The notes beneath the pieces were generated by a model. That model had not been told where the DNA came from and searched no databases. It saw only the letters and a program-made list of their open reading frames with translations. Shown here piece by piece: positions 1 through 9,154 of a stretch of 64,000 nt of DNA (position 1 is its first letter; the number at the start of each line of letters is the position of its first letter). A program made the translations under genes and the position numbers. Source of the DNA: a bacterium (GTDB lineage: Bacteria; Patescibacteriota; Microgenomatia; UBA1400; UBA12108); contig JAJYKS010000004.1 of NCBI GenBank assembly GCA_021788365.1, positions 28,284 through 92,283 on the forward strand, given 5' to 3'.

Positions 1-563
1 AAGATCTTGAGAATCGCCTCGCACAAGGAGACAAGATTCTCTCAGCCTACTATGACTTTCATTTGGACGATGTACGTCCACCGCTATTTCTAGAGCGCTT
101 CTCACGTGTGCATATGGCAGATGGCTTACGCGACATCACACTCACGGGCAAAATCGATCGCATGGAATGGTCCGACGAATCTGATCGTCTCATCCGGGTC
201 ATAGATTACAAAACCGGGAAGGGAAAGACGGTAGGACAAATCGAAGGGACGACGGCTGACAGTCGTGGAGATCTCAAGCGTCAGCTGATCTTTTACAAGT
301 TGTTAATCGACTTAGATACTCGGTTAAAAGTACATTTTGGCGAAGCAGAATTAGACTTCGTCGAAGAGCCTGCAGTAAGTAATAAAGATGGAATACGACG
401 TTTTAAGATCGCCGATGAAGAGGTGGTTGAGCTTAAAAAAGTAATTTTAGATGCCATGAAAGAAATTCGCGCGCTGCATTTCCCCCGCACCAAAAACTAT
501 AAAACATGTGAAACGTGTGTATTTCGAGACCATTGTTGGCCCGAAGGCATCCCCACTACCTAA
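1..563 (+). CDS. PD-(D/E)XK nuclease superfamily protein, C-terminal fragment (RecB/AddB/Cas4-like nuclease domain with a Cys cluster); the 5' end lies outside the window
   Basis: The reading frame is open from the window edge; the TTG at 63 is only the ORF-track start. It has a 'GKIDRME' Asp motif, 'VIDYKTGK' (the D/E-x-K signature of PD-(D/E)XK nucleases) and a C-terminal 'C..CETCVFRDHC' cysteine cluster typical of AddB/Cas4-type Fe-S nuclease domains. Confidence 0.6.
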   Translation, partial: DLENRLAQGDKILSAYYDFHLDDVRPPLFLERFSRVHMADGLRDITLTGKIDRMEWSDESDRLIRVIDYKTGKGKTVGQIEGTTADSRGDLKRQLIFYKLLIDLDTRLKVHFGEAELDFVEEPAVSNKDGIRRFKIADEEVVELKKVILDAMKEIRALHFPRTKNYKTCETCVFRDHCWPEGIPTT

Positions 564-630
564 AAACTCCTCGCCGCCGTCACCAAGGCAGGTATAATGC
601 TACTAGCATAAGAAAAACAAAAAGGAATTT

Positions 631-1497
631 ATGCCATTATGGTTTATTCTCACTATCGTATCAGTTACCATTCTTGCCTTCGCTGAAATAGCCCAAAAAG
701 TCGCTCTCAATCGAAAAGATGATATTAGTGCTGAAGCAAACAATTTCGGAGTTTGGATATTTCAGGGAACTCTCGCGCTAATCTATGTATTTTTGTTCAC
801 GAAGCCCATATTTCCAACTTTAACGATTAACCTACTAGTAAAAATGTTTGCTTTAGGTAGCATCTATTTCTGGGCGGGAACACTGTACTACACAAGCTAT
901 AAAGGTGGTGCAGCAAGTGTAAATAGTATCTTGGTAAGCTCATCAATTATTGTATCAACCGCGCTAGGCATAATATTCTTCCACGAATCAGTAACACTTC
1001 TAAAATTCGTCGGGTCTGTCATTATATTACTGGCAATTGTTTATCTTAACTATGACAAAAAATTAAAGTGGAACAAATCAAACAATTATGCACTTGCTGG
1101 CGCCGCACTGTATGGCATTGCGTTTACATTAGACAAAGGTTTTTCACTCGAATTTACTCCTCACATATATCAAGTTCTTTTTGCCTTTAGTATAGGAATC
1201 GTTGGCTTGTTATATCGAGGGAAAATAATAGTTAAAGATCTAAGAAGAATAGAACCGAACACAATTAAAGTTGTATTTATATCTGCTCTCACATTCTTCA
1301 TTTGGAACAAGCTGAACTTTGTGGCATATACAGTAGGAGGCGAAGTTGGTCGCATCGACTCAATCAACAACGCTGTTGTATTCATAATAATTCTACTGGA
1401 AGTGTTTCTACTCAAAGATAAATCTAACCTGCACAAAAAAATTATCTCAGCAGCAATAGCACTAGCCGGGATTTCAATACTCGGTATTGTGAAATGA
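631..1497 (+). CDS. EamA/DMT-superfamily-like multi-pass membrane transporter
   Basis: 288 aa with about 10 hydrophobic helices arranged in two halves, which is the typical EamA duplication. No catalytic motifs are present. Confidence 0.5.
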   Translation: MPLWFILTIVSVTILAFAEIAQKVALNRKDDISAEANNFGVWIFQGTLALIYVFLFTKPIFPTLTINLLVKMFALGSIYFWAGTLYYTSYKGGAASVNSILVSSSIIVSTALGIIFFHESVTLLKFVGSVIILLAIVYLNYDKKLKWNKSNNYALAGAALYGIAFTLDKGFSLEFTPHIYQVLFAFSIGIVGLLYRGKIIVKDLRRIEPNTIKVVFISALTFFIWNKLNFVAYTVGGEVGRIDSINNAVVFIIILLEVFLLKDKSNLHKKIISAAIALAGISILGIVK

Positions 1498-1531
1498 TAT
1501 ACTTACGCAGTAGCTCATAAAAGGAGGTATC

Positions 1532-1816
1532 ATGCCAAAAGCAAAACCAGCACCAAAGAAGAAACCAGTGGTTAGTAAAAAAATGAAAGAAGAATTCAAG
1601 GTTGAGGGCAAGAAGGTCGTCACCAAAATCAAACAGCTTATCAAAGAAGGCAACGTCCGCCGCATCACGGTAAAAGACAATAAAGGGAAAACCATCCTTT
1701 CCCTGCCAGTTACCGCTGGAGTCATTGGTGCGGTGCTAATTCCTGCGCTTGCCGTGATTGGCACGCTTGCCGCCCTCGTTACCGAGTGTACGGTCAGTGT
1801 CGAACGCACGAAATAA
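1532..1816 (+). CDS. DUF4342-family small protein
   Basis: 94 aa with a Lys-rich N-terminus, then 'EEFKVEGKKVVTKIKQLIKEGNVRRITVKDNKGKTILSLPVTAGVIGAVLIPALAVIGTLAALVTECTV', which matches the DUF4342 consensus. A good SD (aaggagg) sits upstream. Confidence 0.6.
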   Translation: MPKAKPAPKKKPVVSKKMKEEFKVEGKKVVTKIKQLIKEGNVRRITVKDNKGKTILSLPVTAGVIGAVLIPALAVIGTLAALVTECTVSVERTK

Positions 1817-2827
1817 TTAGCGTAACGCGTGAAGTAGCTTCCAGCGGACTTCTTCCACTGTTCGGATGAGCGGGTAAAGAAAGGGATTCGCTACATAATC
1901 CCAGGTTCCCATGTACTCGGCGTGCCGTGCGCCGTACCCAAGCTTAAATGTATGGAATCCGTACCACGGGTCGTGAGGGTCGGCATCTACCCCCAGCGCT
2001 CCCCACATGTCGAGATATTGCAGCCCCCACAGTTTGGCCAACCGTATTGCCTCCCACATGACGAGATTGTTAGCCATTACCTCGCGATGTTCTCGTGTGC
2101 TCGCACCATAGGGATAGTAGAGGGTATTGCCAAACCGGAAGAGTATCCAGGCGGTAATGATCTCCCCTTCGTATTTTGCCGTTAAAATATGAGCAATACC
2201 CGCATCGTGCAAGGTCTCCCACATCTTTCGGTGGTAGGCTGGTGTATGTGCATAAAAACCTTGCCTCTTTGTCGTCTCGGTGGTGAGCTCTAGGTATCGC
2301 TCAAATGCGAGGGGGGAATCGTCTATTGCCACAGTTACCCCTCGCTTCTCCGCAACCCGTATGTTGTACCGGGTCTTCTGCTTCATATTTTTGAGGAGAT
2401 CTTCTTCGCTCGGAGTCACATCCAACACAAAGTTATATTTGGTAAACAATGGTCGCCCCGGCACGAAGCCAACGCCTCTTAAATCTTGAATCTTAAATCT
2501 TGAATCTTGCACCTCAATCTTTGGCTCGCACTTTATGTACACGCAGGCATATTGCTTCGCAATTTTTTGCAGCACCTCAGCGGTCTGAGCGTTTAGTGGC
2601 ATACTACCTTTTGGGTAGTAGCCAATAGTCCAGGGCGTGTGAGGAATAGGGTGAATGGTGACTTGTGCAGGTAGGGTAAATTTGTTTCGCGTAAATACGC
2701 CGTATCGTGCCACACGCACACCGGTCTTCTCTCGGAACTCACCCCACTCCCAGGATTGCATGGGGTGCCGGACAAGCTTGTCCCACTGTGCCTTGTATTT
2801 CCCATCAGTAACTTCCAGAATAGACAT
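1817..2827 (-). CDS. FemAB-family peptidoglycan bridge-formation aminoacyltransferase (FemX-like)
   Basis: 336 aa. The C-terminal block 'ITAWILFRFGNTLYYPYGASTREHREVMANNLVMWEAIRLAKLWGLQYLDMWGALG' aligns with the FemA/FemX core (YY.G.S...R..A.Y..QWE.I..A...G...Y...G). Confidence 0.6.
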   Translation of the reverse strand: MSILEVTDGKYKAQWDKLVRHPMQSWEWGEFREKTGVRVARYGVFTRNKFTLPAQVTIHPIPHTPWTIGYYPKGSMPLNAQTAEVLQKIAKQYACVYIKCEPKIEVQDSRFKIQDLRGVGFVPGRPLFTKYNFVLDVTPSEEDLLKNMKQKTRYNIRVAEKRGVTVAIDDSPLAFERYLELTTETTKRQGFYAHTPAYHRKMWETLHDAGIAHILTAKYEGEIITAWILFRFGNTLYYPYGASTREHREVMANNLVMWEAIRLAKLWGLQYLDMWGALGVDADPHDPWYGFHTFKLGYGARHAEYMGTWDYVANPFLYPLIRTVEEVRWKLLHALR

Positions 2828-2845
2828 GAGACAATTGTAGCATCG

Positions 2846-4834
2846 CTATCGGTTCAAGAGTTCGTCAACCGACAAATTACCAGAAAGAAAATCATCAAGC
2901 GTGGTATCCGACAATGAGTCTATCCGAATACCCGACTTCTTCGTTTTTAGTTGCGCCCCGTGCTCCCGCCAAAAATCTGCATCACTTTTTGTAATCTTCT
3001 GAAACTCCGACTTACCCGCCGAAGCCTTGGCGAAGGAGGGTTCACCGACTGACTGAATTAACTGAGGATTAATCTCATCGATGAATCGACTCTTGGTTTG
3101 CATACCCTGGCTACCCCATAGCACTCGACTCCTTGCCCAAGACAAGTAAAGTGTTTGTTTTGCTCGGGTTATACCGACATACGCGAGCCGTCGCTCCTCT
3201 TCCATCTCCTCGTTGTCAGTGAGACTACGAGAGTGGGGGAAGAGTCCTTCTTCCATTCCCACAATAAACACAATAGGAAACTCGAGCCCCTTTGCCGCAT
3301 GGAGAGTCATGAGCATAACAGTATCTTTAGATTTTTTTGATTTTTCATCCGCATAATACTCGCTCTGCACGAGCGCAACATTTTCAAGGAAAGTGGGCAA
3401 ATCGGCAAACTCAGTTGCAACGCTTTGCAGCTCGCGTATATTTTCTATGCGAGACAAGTCCTCATCTACTTCTTCATCAAATTGTTTAAGGAATTGGGAG
3501 GCAGTCAAAACTTCCTCAAGTAGGACGGCAGGGGATACCGTCTTAATAGGCATAGTCTCGAGAAGTCGCATCACATCCGCCAGTCGCCGCTTACCATTTT
3601 TTTCTGCTCGAGCCATAGAAACTCCATCATCCGGATTGAGGAGGATACGTAGGTATGCCAAAAGATCTTTTATCTCCTTGCGCTCATAAAACTTTGTCCC
3701 ACCCACCAAGACGTAAGGCACCCCCGAGCGTATAAATGCCTCCTCAATCCCGCGACTTTGGGCATTGGTGCGATACAGGATCGCGATGTCGCTCCACGAA
3801 TGGTCTGTGTGGAGCCGTACAATTTCGTCAGTTACCCGCCGTGCCTCCTCACTACCGCTATAATTCTCGAGAAGTCGTATCTTCTCTCCGTCTCCTGCAT
3901 CGGTCCAGAGATTTAGAACGGGGTGCCCATGGTTGTTGTCAATGACGTTCGTAGCAGCAGTAAGGATATTTTGCGTCGAGCGATAGTTGCGTTCCAATCG
4001 GATCTCGGTCAGCGTAGGATAGTCCTTTTTCAATCGTTCGATATTGCGGTAGTCTGCTCCACGCCAGCGGTAAATTGACTGAGACGCATCTCCAACAACA
4101 GTAAGTCGCTTATCCCGATCAGCTAAAAGTTTTGTTAGGGTGTACTGTGCAGTATTTGTATCTTGATATTCGTCAACAAAAATATAACGAAACTGGTCCT
4201 GATAATATGATAATACAGTCGGATTACGCTGAAACATACGAACAACTAGAGAGAGGAGATCGTCAAAGTCCACCGCCGAATATGTTTTGAGATTTTTTTC
4301 ATACTGCTGATATACGTCAGCAACAACCTCTTGGAACGGTCCGCGAGCCAGAGTGGCATAAGTTGAGGCGTCCACCAGCTCTTGTTTTGCTCCCGATATG
4401 GCCCCCATAATGGCTCGGGGTCGATAACGCTTGGGGTCAAGATTAAGAGTTGCAGAGATTTGTTTCACGAGATCCTCTTGGTCACCATCATCATAAATAA
4501 CAAAATCCGGAGACAGTCCAGCGGCAGTGGCATTTCGTCGTATAAGTCGTGCCGCCATCGAATGAAAGGTTCCCACATTGGGGAGTCGAGCGCCGGTTAC
4601 CCGTGTAACGCGCTCCCGCATTTCACCGGCAGCCTTGTTGGTAAAAGTGACAAGGAGTATTTCTTCGGGCTGTGCCTCGCCACTATGGACAAGATGTGCA
4701 GCTTTGTAGGTTAGAGTCTTGGTCTTACCGCTCCCGGCTCCGGCGAGTATAAGAAGCGGTGAGCCAGTATGGAGTGCGGCACTACGTTGCTCTTCGTTTA
4801 GTTCGTTCAGGTACTCTTCCGCCATGTGCTCCAT
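2846..4834 (-). CDS. UvrD/PcrA/Rep-family ATP-dependent DNA helicase
   Basis: 662 aa with a Walker A 'GAGSGKT' near the N-terminus, 'VDEYQDTN' (helicase motif II, DExx) and an 'RNYRST' motif, all typical of SF1A UvrD-like helicases. Confidence 0.85.
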   Translation of the reverse strand: MEHMAEEYLNELNEEQRSAALHTGSPLLILAGAGSGKTKTLTYKAAHLVHSGEAQPEEILLVTFTNKAAGEMRERVTRVTGARLPNVGTFHSMAARLIRRNATAAGLSPDFVIYDDGDQEDLVKQISATLNLDPKRYRPRAIMGAISGAKQELVDASTYATLARGPFQEVVADVYQQYEKNLKTYSAVDFDDLLSLVVRMFQRNPTVLSYYQDQFRYIFVDEYQDTNTAQYTLTKLLADRDKRLTVVGDASQSIYRWRGADYRNIERLKKDYPTLTEIRLERNYRSTQNILTAATNVIDNNHGHPVLNLWTDAGDGEKIRLLENYSGSEEARRVTDEIVRLHTDHSWSDIAILYRTNAQSRGIEEAFIRSGVPYVLVGGTKFYERKEIKDLLAYLRILLNPDDGVSMARAEKNGKRRLADVMRLLETMPIKTVSPAVLLEEVLTASQFLKQFDEEVDEDLSRIENIRELQSVATEFADLPTFLENVALVQSEYYADEKSKKSKDTVMLMTLHAAKGLEFPIVFIVGMEEGLFPHSRSLTDNEEMEEERRLAYVGITRAKQTLYLSWARSRVLWGSQGMQTKSRFIDEINPQLIQSVGEPSFAKASAGKSEFQKITKSDADFWREHGAQLKTKKSGIRIDSLSDTTLDDFLSGNLSVDELLNR

Positions 4835-4899
4835 AATATCCTAAAAGCCGCTCCTGCGGTATACTCAGGTTACTGCCACACGACACATATAAGCATGCT

Positions 4900-5625
4900 A
4901 TGACATTCTTAATACTCGCCAACTTCAAGTCTCACAAACTCGCCTCCGAGGCGAAAAAATGGCTCGAAATTGTCTCAGCTCACCCATTCTTGAGTGAAGT
5001 TGAAGTATCGGTAGCACCAAGTCACATACATCTCGAACTGTTTTCCGACAAACTAGCTCACCGACAACCTGACGTACAGACTCGCCGATCCACCGATTCG
5101 CCGGATATCTCCCTTGCCGCCCAGGACGTCTCTCCCTTTCCCGTGGGTTCGTACACCGGGGCGGTAAACGCCTCGCAGCTAGTCGATCTTGATATAAAAT
5201 ATTGCCTCGTTGGTCACTCCGAGCGCCGCCGATATTTCCACGAAACTCCATCCGACGTAGCCGCTAAAGTACGCCAACTACTAGATGTAGGAATCACTCC
5301 CATAATCTGTCTGTCTACAGAGGACATTACGCCGCAATTTGCTGCACTCGACGATTCACTTCGCGCTCGCTGCCTCTTTTGTTACGAACCACCCGGAGAT
5401 ATTGGCGGCACGGAAAGCGCCGCGCCCGAGGATATAAAAAAGGTTACCGATCGCATCCACTCATACGCCCCCACTCACCCAGTGATGTATGGTGGCTCGG
5501 TCAACGAACAGAACGTTGCAGCGCTCCGCTTGCTTGGACTTGGTGGAGTACTTGTCGCAACAGCCTGTCTTGATCCAAAGCAGTTTATAGCAACAATAGA
5601 GGCATATATTCATGGAAAAGGTTAA
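4900..5625 (+). CDS. tpiA: triosephosphate isomerase
   Basis: 241 aa. 'ILANFKSH' corresponds to the N-terminal 'IAGNWKMN' motif, 'CLVGHSERR' is the TIM signature, and 'VMYGGSVN' is the C-terminal phosphate-binding loop. Confidence 0.8.
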   Translation: MTFLILANFKSHKLASEAKKWLEIVSAHPFLSEVEVSVAPSHIHLELFSDKLAHRQPDVQTRRSTDSPDISLAAQDVSPFPVGSYTGAVNASQLVDLDIKYCLVGHSERRRYFHETPSDVAAKVRQLLDVGITPIICLSTEDITPQFAALDDSLRARCLFCYEPPGDIGGTESAAPEDIKKVTDRIHSYAPTHPVMYGGSVNEQNVAALRLLGLGGVLVATACLDPKQFIATIEAYIHGKG

Positions 5626-6616
5626 GGGACTGCTGCATCATCCATGGCTACTTACCATGGTTGGTATACTCGTGGTGGGGCTAGCGGCGCTTGGTGTATG
5701 GTACGCCAAGAACCGCACCGCACAAAAAATCGTCACTGGTATAGTTGCGAGACCAGAAGAGACAATAAAAAGTGATGGCGGTCGTACCAACATACTACTT
5801 CTTGGCATTGGCGGCGCCGGCCACGAAGGTCCCGATTTAACCGACAGTATGATCCTTGTTTCCATAAATCAGACAACGCATAAAGTTTCCATGATCTCGA
5901 TTCCTCGGGATATATGGGTTACGTCTATGCAGGCAAAAATCAACACGGCTTACTATTACGGGTCTCAAAAAAATGGGGTAACGGGTGGTCTTAATCTCGA
6001 AAAATCGGTGGTGACTGAAGTGACCGGTTTGCCGGTACACTACGTGGTTATGATTGATTTCAATGGTTTTGTAAAGGCAATCGATGCAGTCGGTGGTCTC
6101 GACATTACCGTCGATCGCACGTTCGACGACTACATGTATCCAATACCCGGGAAAGAAAATGCCGAGCCAGAGAGTGCACGCTACGAGCATATCCATTTTG
6201 ACGCGGGTCCAGCACACATGGATGGCACAACAGCCTTAAAATTCGCCCGATCTCGCCACGCAGAAGGAATAGAAGGAACCGATTTTGCCCGGTCAGTTCG
6301 TCAACAAAAGATACTTGTCGCTTTCAAGAACAAACTACTATCAGGTGCGACATTGTTCAACTTCAATACACTACAAAAAGTAGAAAATAGCTTCCTAGGC
6401 TCGATCACTACCGACATCGATGCAGGGCAGTATGGCAGCTTCTTTAAGTTGTTTCTAGCGTTCGAGCAAAGCGGGCAAGTGGTTCAGCCAATAAACATCG
6501 ACGATCTATTAACAAACCCGACAAATACAACTCCCTATCAAGGACAATGGGTATTAATTCCGGTCAAAGATTGGGCAGCGGTACACGACTATGTGGCAAA
6601 AAATCTTTCGCAATGA
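5612..6616 (+). CDS. LCP-family (LytR-CpsA-Psr) cell-envelope polymer transferase
   Basis: N-terminal TM anchor, then 'NILLLGIGGAGHEGPDLTDSMILVSIN...KVSMISIPRDIWV', the LCP core, and a later 'ALKFARSRH' block. Confidence 0.75.
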   Translation: MEKVKGLLHHPWLLTMVGILVVGLAALGVWYAKNRTAQKIVTGIVARPEETIKSDGGRTNILLLGIGGAGHEGPDLTDSMILVSINQTTHKVSMISIPRDIWVTSMQAKINTAYYYGSQKNGVTGGLNLEKSVVTEVTGLPVHYVVMIDFNGFVKAIDAVGGLDITVDRTFDDYMYPIPGKENAEPESARYEHIHFDAGPAHMDGTTALKFARSRHAEGIEGTDFARSVRQQKILVAFKNKLLSGATLFNFNTLQKVENSFLGSITTDIDAGQYGSFFKLFLAFEQSGQVVQPINIDDLLTNPTNTTPYQGQWVLIPVKDWAAVHDYVAKNLSQ

Positions 6617-9041
6617 AAAAAAAGGTCTGACCTTTACGTGGTTGTGGATAGTCGTCTGGCTCCTCGCCATAGCCATCCGTCTATACGGTGCGACCACTCC
6701 AGCCCAGTACTATGATATGGGCACATTCCATTCGTGGGCGATAACAATGGATCGTGTAGGCCCAACTCATTTTTTTAGTTCCACTTGGTCCGACTACATG
6801 CCGCTTCCGCTGTACACGCTCGTTCCTGTTCTGTGGATTTCAACTGCCGCGCATCTTTCATTTGATCTCGTATTTAAACTTATGATGTCCACAATTGAGC
6901 TTACGCTCATTTACTTTATTGCTCGGTCGCTAAAGCACATCACACGATACAAGGGCATCATTGTACTTCTCTTGCTTTCCCCGGTTTTGATTGGCAATAC
7001 AGCTTTCTGGGGTCAAGTAGATACGATCCCGGCACTCATGACTTTACTTTCCCTCCTGCTCATCACACCCGGTGTGAAAAAAGCGACCTCACACACAGGG
7101 TGTGTGATATTCTCCGCCACTCTTTTCGGTCTTTCTGTGGCCTACAAGCCCATCATGCTCGTCGCGCTACCGGTATTTCTAGTGATTATGCTCCGTCGGT
7201 CGTTTTTTCCGTCCATCCTTTATTTCCTAACATCTTTAGCTGCATTTTTGGTGACGGCAATGCCCATGAACGGATCGGGTAATCCCGCTACCGCGTTCAT
7301 ATTGTTGTTCTCTCGCGCCTTGTCTCAATCGGGAACATATCCGTACACAACCATAAACGCGTGGAATCTGTGGTCGGTAATTCCCCATCCCTCGTCATGG
7401 CCACCGGACAATCAAATAGTGCTTGGATTATCCGCGCACACGTTTGGTCTCATACTGTTCTCGCTTGCAGCTGTGTACACCTTGCTTGGATGGAGGAAAG
7501 CGAAATGGGATCGAAAATACGTCTTCCGTATCGTGGCAACGCTCCTCATTGCTTTTTATACCTTTACCACCCGCATGCACGAGCGTCATCTGTTGTTCGG
7601 CATTCCCGCGCTTGCAATTGCTGTGGCCTTTGACACGTGGCTCATTATTCCGTACACGATCTTGACAATTACCTATTCCATAAATCTCTGGGCAGCATTT
7701 TATTGGGTAAATAACAGCCAGACCTGGCCGGTTGCTCCGTGGGTTATGGGGGCGGTATCGTGGGTAAACGTACTGACGACGTTCGCCATGGTAATGATTT
7801 GGGATTGGCCCAAATACACGCAAAAAATCCGACTATGGTTATCTCGTAATAAGATGCTATTCCTCGTACTCTGTCTTGCAAGCTTTTTACGTATCTACAA
7901 CCTGTCCTATCCCAAAGTGTATATTTTCGACGAAGTGTACCATGCCTTTACAGCACGGCAATATCTACACAACAATAAGGCCGCATGGGAGTGGTGGACG
8001 ACACCGCCGAAGGGTGTGGCATACGAGTGGACACATCCACCAGTCGCAAAATATGGCATGGTTGCCGGCATGCTTCTATTTGGAGAGAATAGCTTTGGCT
8101 GGCGTATTGGTTCTGCCATAGCTGGAGTCTTAAGTGTTCTTGGCCTCTATAAATTAGTGCTAACACTAACAAAGAACCGGAGAGCGGCGCTTCTCTCAGC
8201 CTTCTTTGTTTCAATAGAGGGACTACACCTTTCACAATCACGAATTGGCATGAACGACATGTATATGCTTGTATTCTACGTGTGGTCGCTGTACCTAGCG
8301 GTAAAATCGCGGTGGAAATGGAGTGCAATCCTCTTTGGTCTCTCACTCGCGTCAAAATGGTCCGCGCTATACGGTATTATTCCCCTGGGTATCGTGTATC
8401 TCCACGAGAAGTGGTCACTCCTCCGGGCTCCCATTAACATCCTCCGCGCAATACTTCACACCCTACGGTTGCTGCTTATCGTAATAATTATCTATATCCT
8501 TGCCTTTACCCCATTTTTTGTAATTGGTCACACTTGGGGACAGTGGTGGGAACTGCAGCGGCAGATGTGGTACTACCACACCCACCTGAAAGCCACGCAC
8601 GCGTACCAATCAATACCGCTACAGTGGATATTCGACATTCGTCCAGTATGGTATTACGTAGACTATGGCAAAAGCGTGATCAGCAACATCTACGCGCAGG
8701 GCAATCCTCTTGTCCTCTGGTTGGGCCTCGTTTCTTTTGTCATGCTACTGCCAAAAATACGAAAATATCCATACCTACTTCTTAGCGCCAGCTACCTTAT
8801 TTTTACCGTTCCCTGGGCGTTCTCCCCGCGCATTATGTTTTTCTATCACTACCTCCCGAGCGCTTTTTTTCTCTGTAGTCTTCTCGCGCTGTGGCTGTCA
8901 GAGATACCCAGAAAAGTATGGATAGCGTGTATCGCACTTTGTGTTGTGTGCTTTATATTTTTGATTCCGGTGTACTACGGCACGCCCATGCCCCACTGGT
9001 ACTGGAACTCGCTGTTCTCGATTATGCCATCCTGGAAATAG
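6591..9041 (+). CDS. large polytopic membrane glycosyltransferase; the C-terminal half is PMT/GT39-like (dolichyl-phosphate-mannose protein mannosyltransferase family), the N-terminal half is a second multi-TM domain
   Basis: 816 aa with more than 20 predicted TM helices. The PMT loop-1 signature 'YIFDEVYHAFTARQYL' sits at about residue 430, so the PMT-like domain is in the second half. The true start is uncertain: the first 30 nt overlap the LCP gene end and a palindromic repeat (6622-6634), and an in-frame TTG is at 6642. Confidence 0.55.
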   Translation: MWQKIFRNEKKGLTFTWLWIVVWLLAIAIRLYGATTPAQYYDMGTFHSWAITMDRVGPTHFFSSTWSDYMPLPLYTLVPVLWISTAAHLSFDLVFKLMMSTIELTLIYFIARSLKHITRYKGIIVLLLLSPVLIGNTAFWGQVDTIPALMTLLSLLLITPGVKKATSHTGCVIFSATLFGLSVAYKPIMLVALPVFLVIMLRRSFFPSILYFLTSLAAFLVTAMPMNGSGNPATAFILLFSRALSQSGTYPYTTINAWNLWSVIPHPSSWPPDNQIVLGLSAHTFGLILFSLAAVYTLLGWRKAKWDRKYVFRIVATLLIAFYTFTTRMHERHLLFGIPALAIAVAFDTWLIIPYTILTITYSINLWAAFYWVNNSQTWPVAPWVMGAVSWVNVLTTFAMVMIWDWPKYTQKIRLWLSRNKMLFLVLCLASFLRIYNLSYPKVYIFDEVYHAFTARQYLHNNKAAWEWWTTPPKGVAYEWTHPPVAKYGMVAGMLLFGENSFGWRIGSAIAGVLSVLGLYKLVLTLTKNRRAALLSAFFVSIEGLHLSQSRIGMNDMYMLVFYVWSLYLAVKSRWKWSAILFGLSLASKWSALYGIIPLGIVYLHEKWSLLRAPINILRAILHTLRLLLIVIIIYILAFTPFFVIGHTWGQWWELQRQMWYYHTHLKATHAYQSIPLQWIFDIRPVWYYVDYGKSVISNIYAQGNPLVLWLGLVSFVMLLPKIRKYPYLLLSASYLIFTVPWAFSPRIMFFYHYLPSAFFLCSLLALWLSEIPRKVWIACIALCVVCFIFLIPVYYGTPMPHWYWNSLFSIMPSWK

Positions 9042-9089
9042 GGCGGAGAGACCTGAAACTCTCAAATAAGTAAACCGAAGTAGGGTGAG

Positions 9090-9139
9090 AAGGTCTGACT
9101 TGTATGGAAGTGCCCAACCCGAAGGGCAGGTCAGACCTT
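9090..9139. repeat. palindromic repeat element / bidirectional terminator-like nested hairpin between convergent genes
   Basis: AAGGTCTGAC-ttgtatggaagtGCCCaacccgaaGGGCag-GTCAGACCTT: outer 10-bp arms and an inner 4-bp stem. Related copies are at 6622-6634, 49372-49448 and 52817-52857. Confidence 0.6.
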
Positions 9140-9154
9140 ATTGGTTCTATGTAA

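Noticed and set aside
1-4834. Possible AddAB-like pairing of the PD-(D/E)XK/Fe-S nuclease fragment with the UvrD-family helicase
   Set aside because: The two genes are on opposite strands and separated by three unrelated genes. No evidence of a functional unit exists beyond family co-occurrence.
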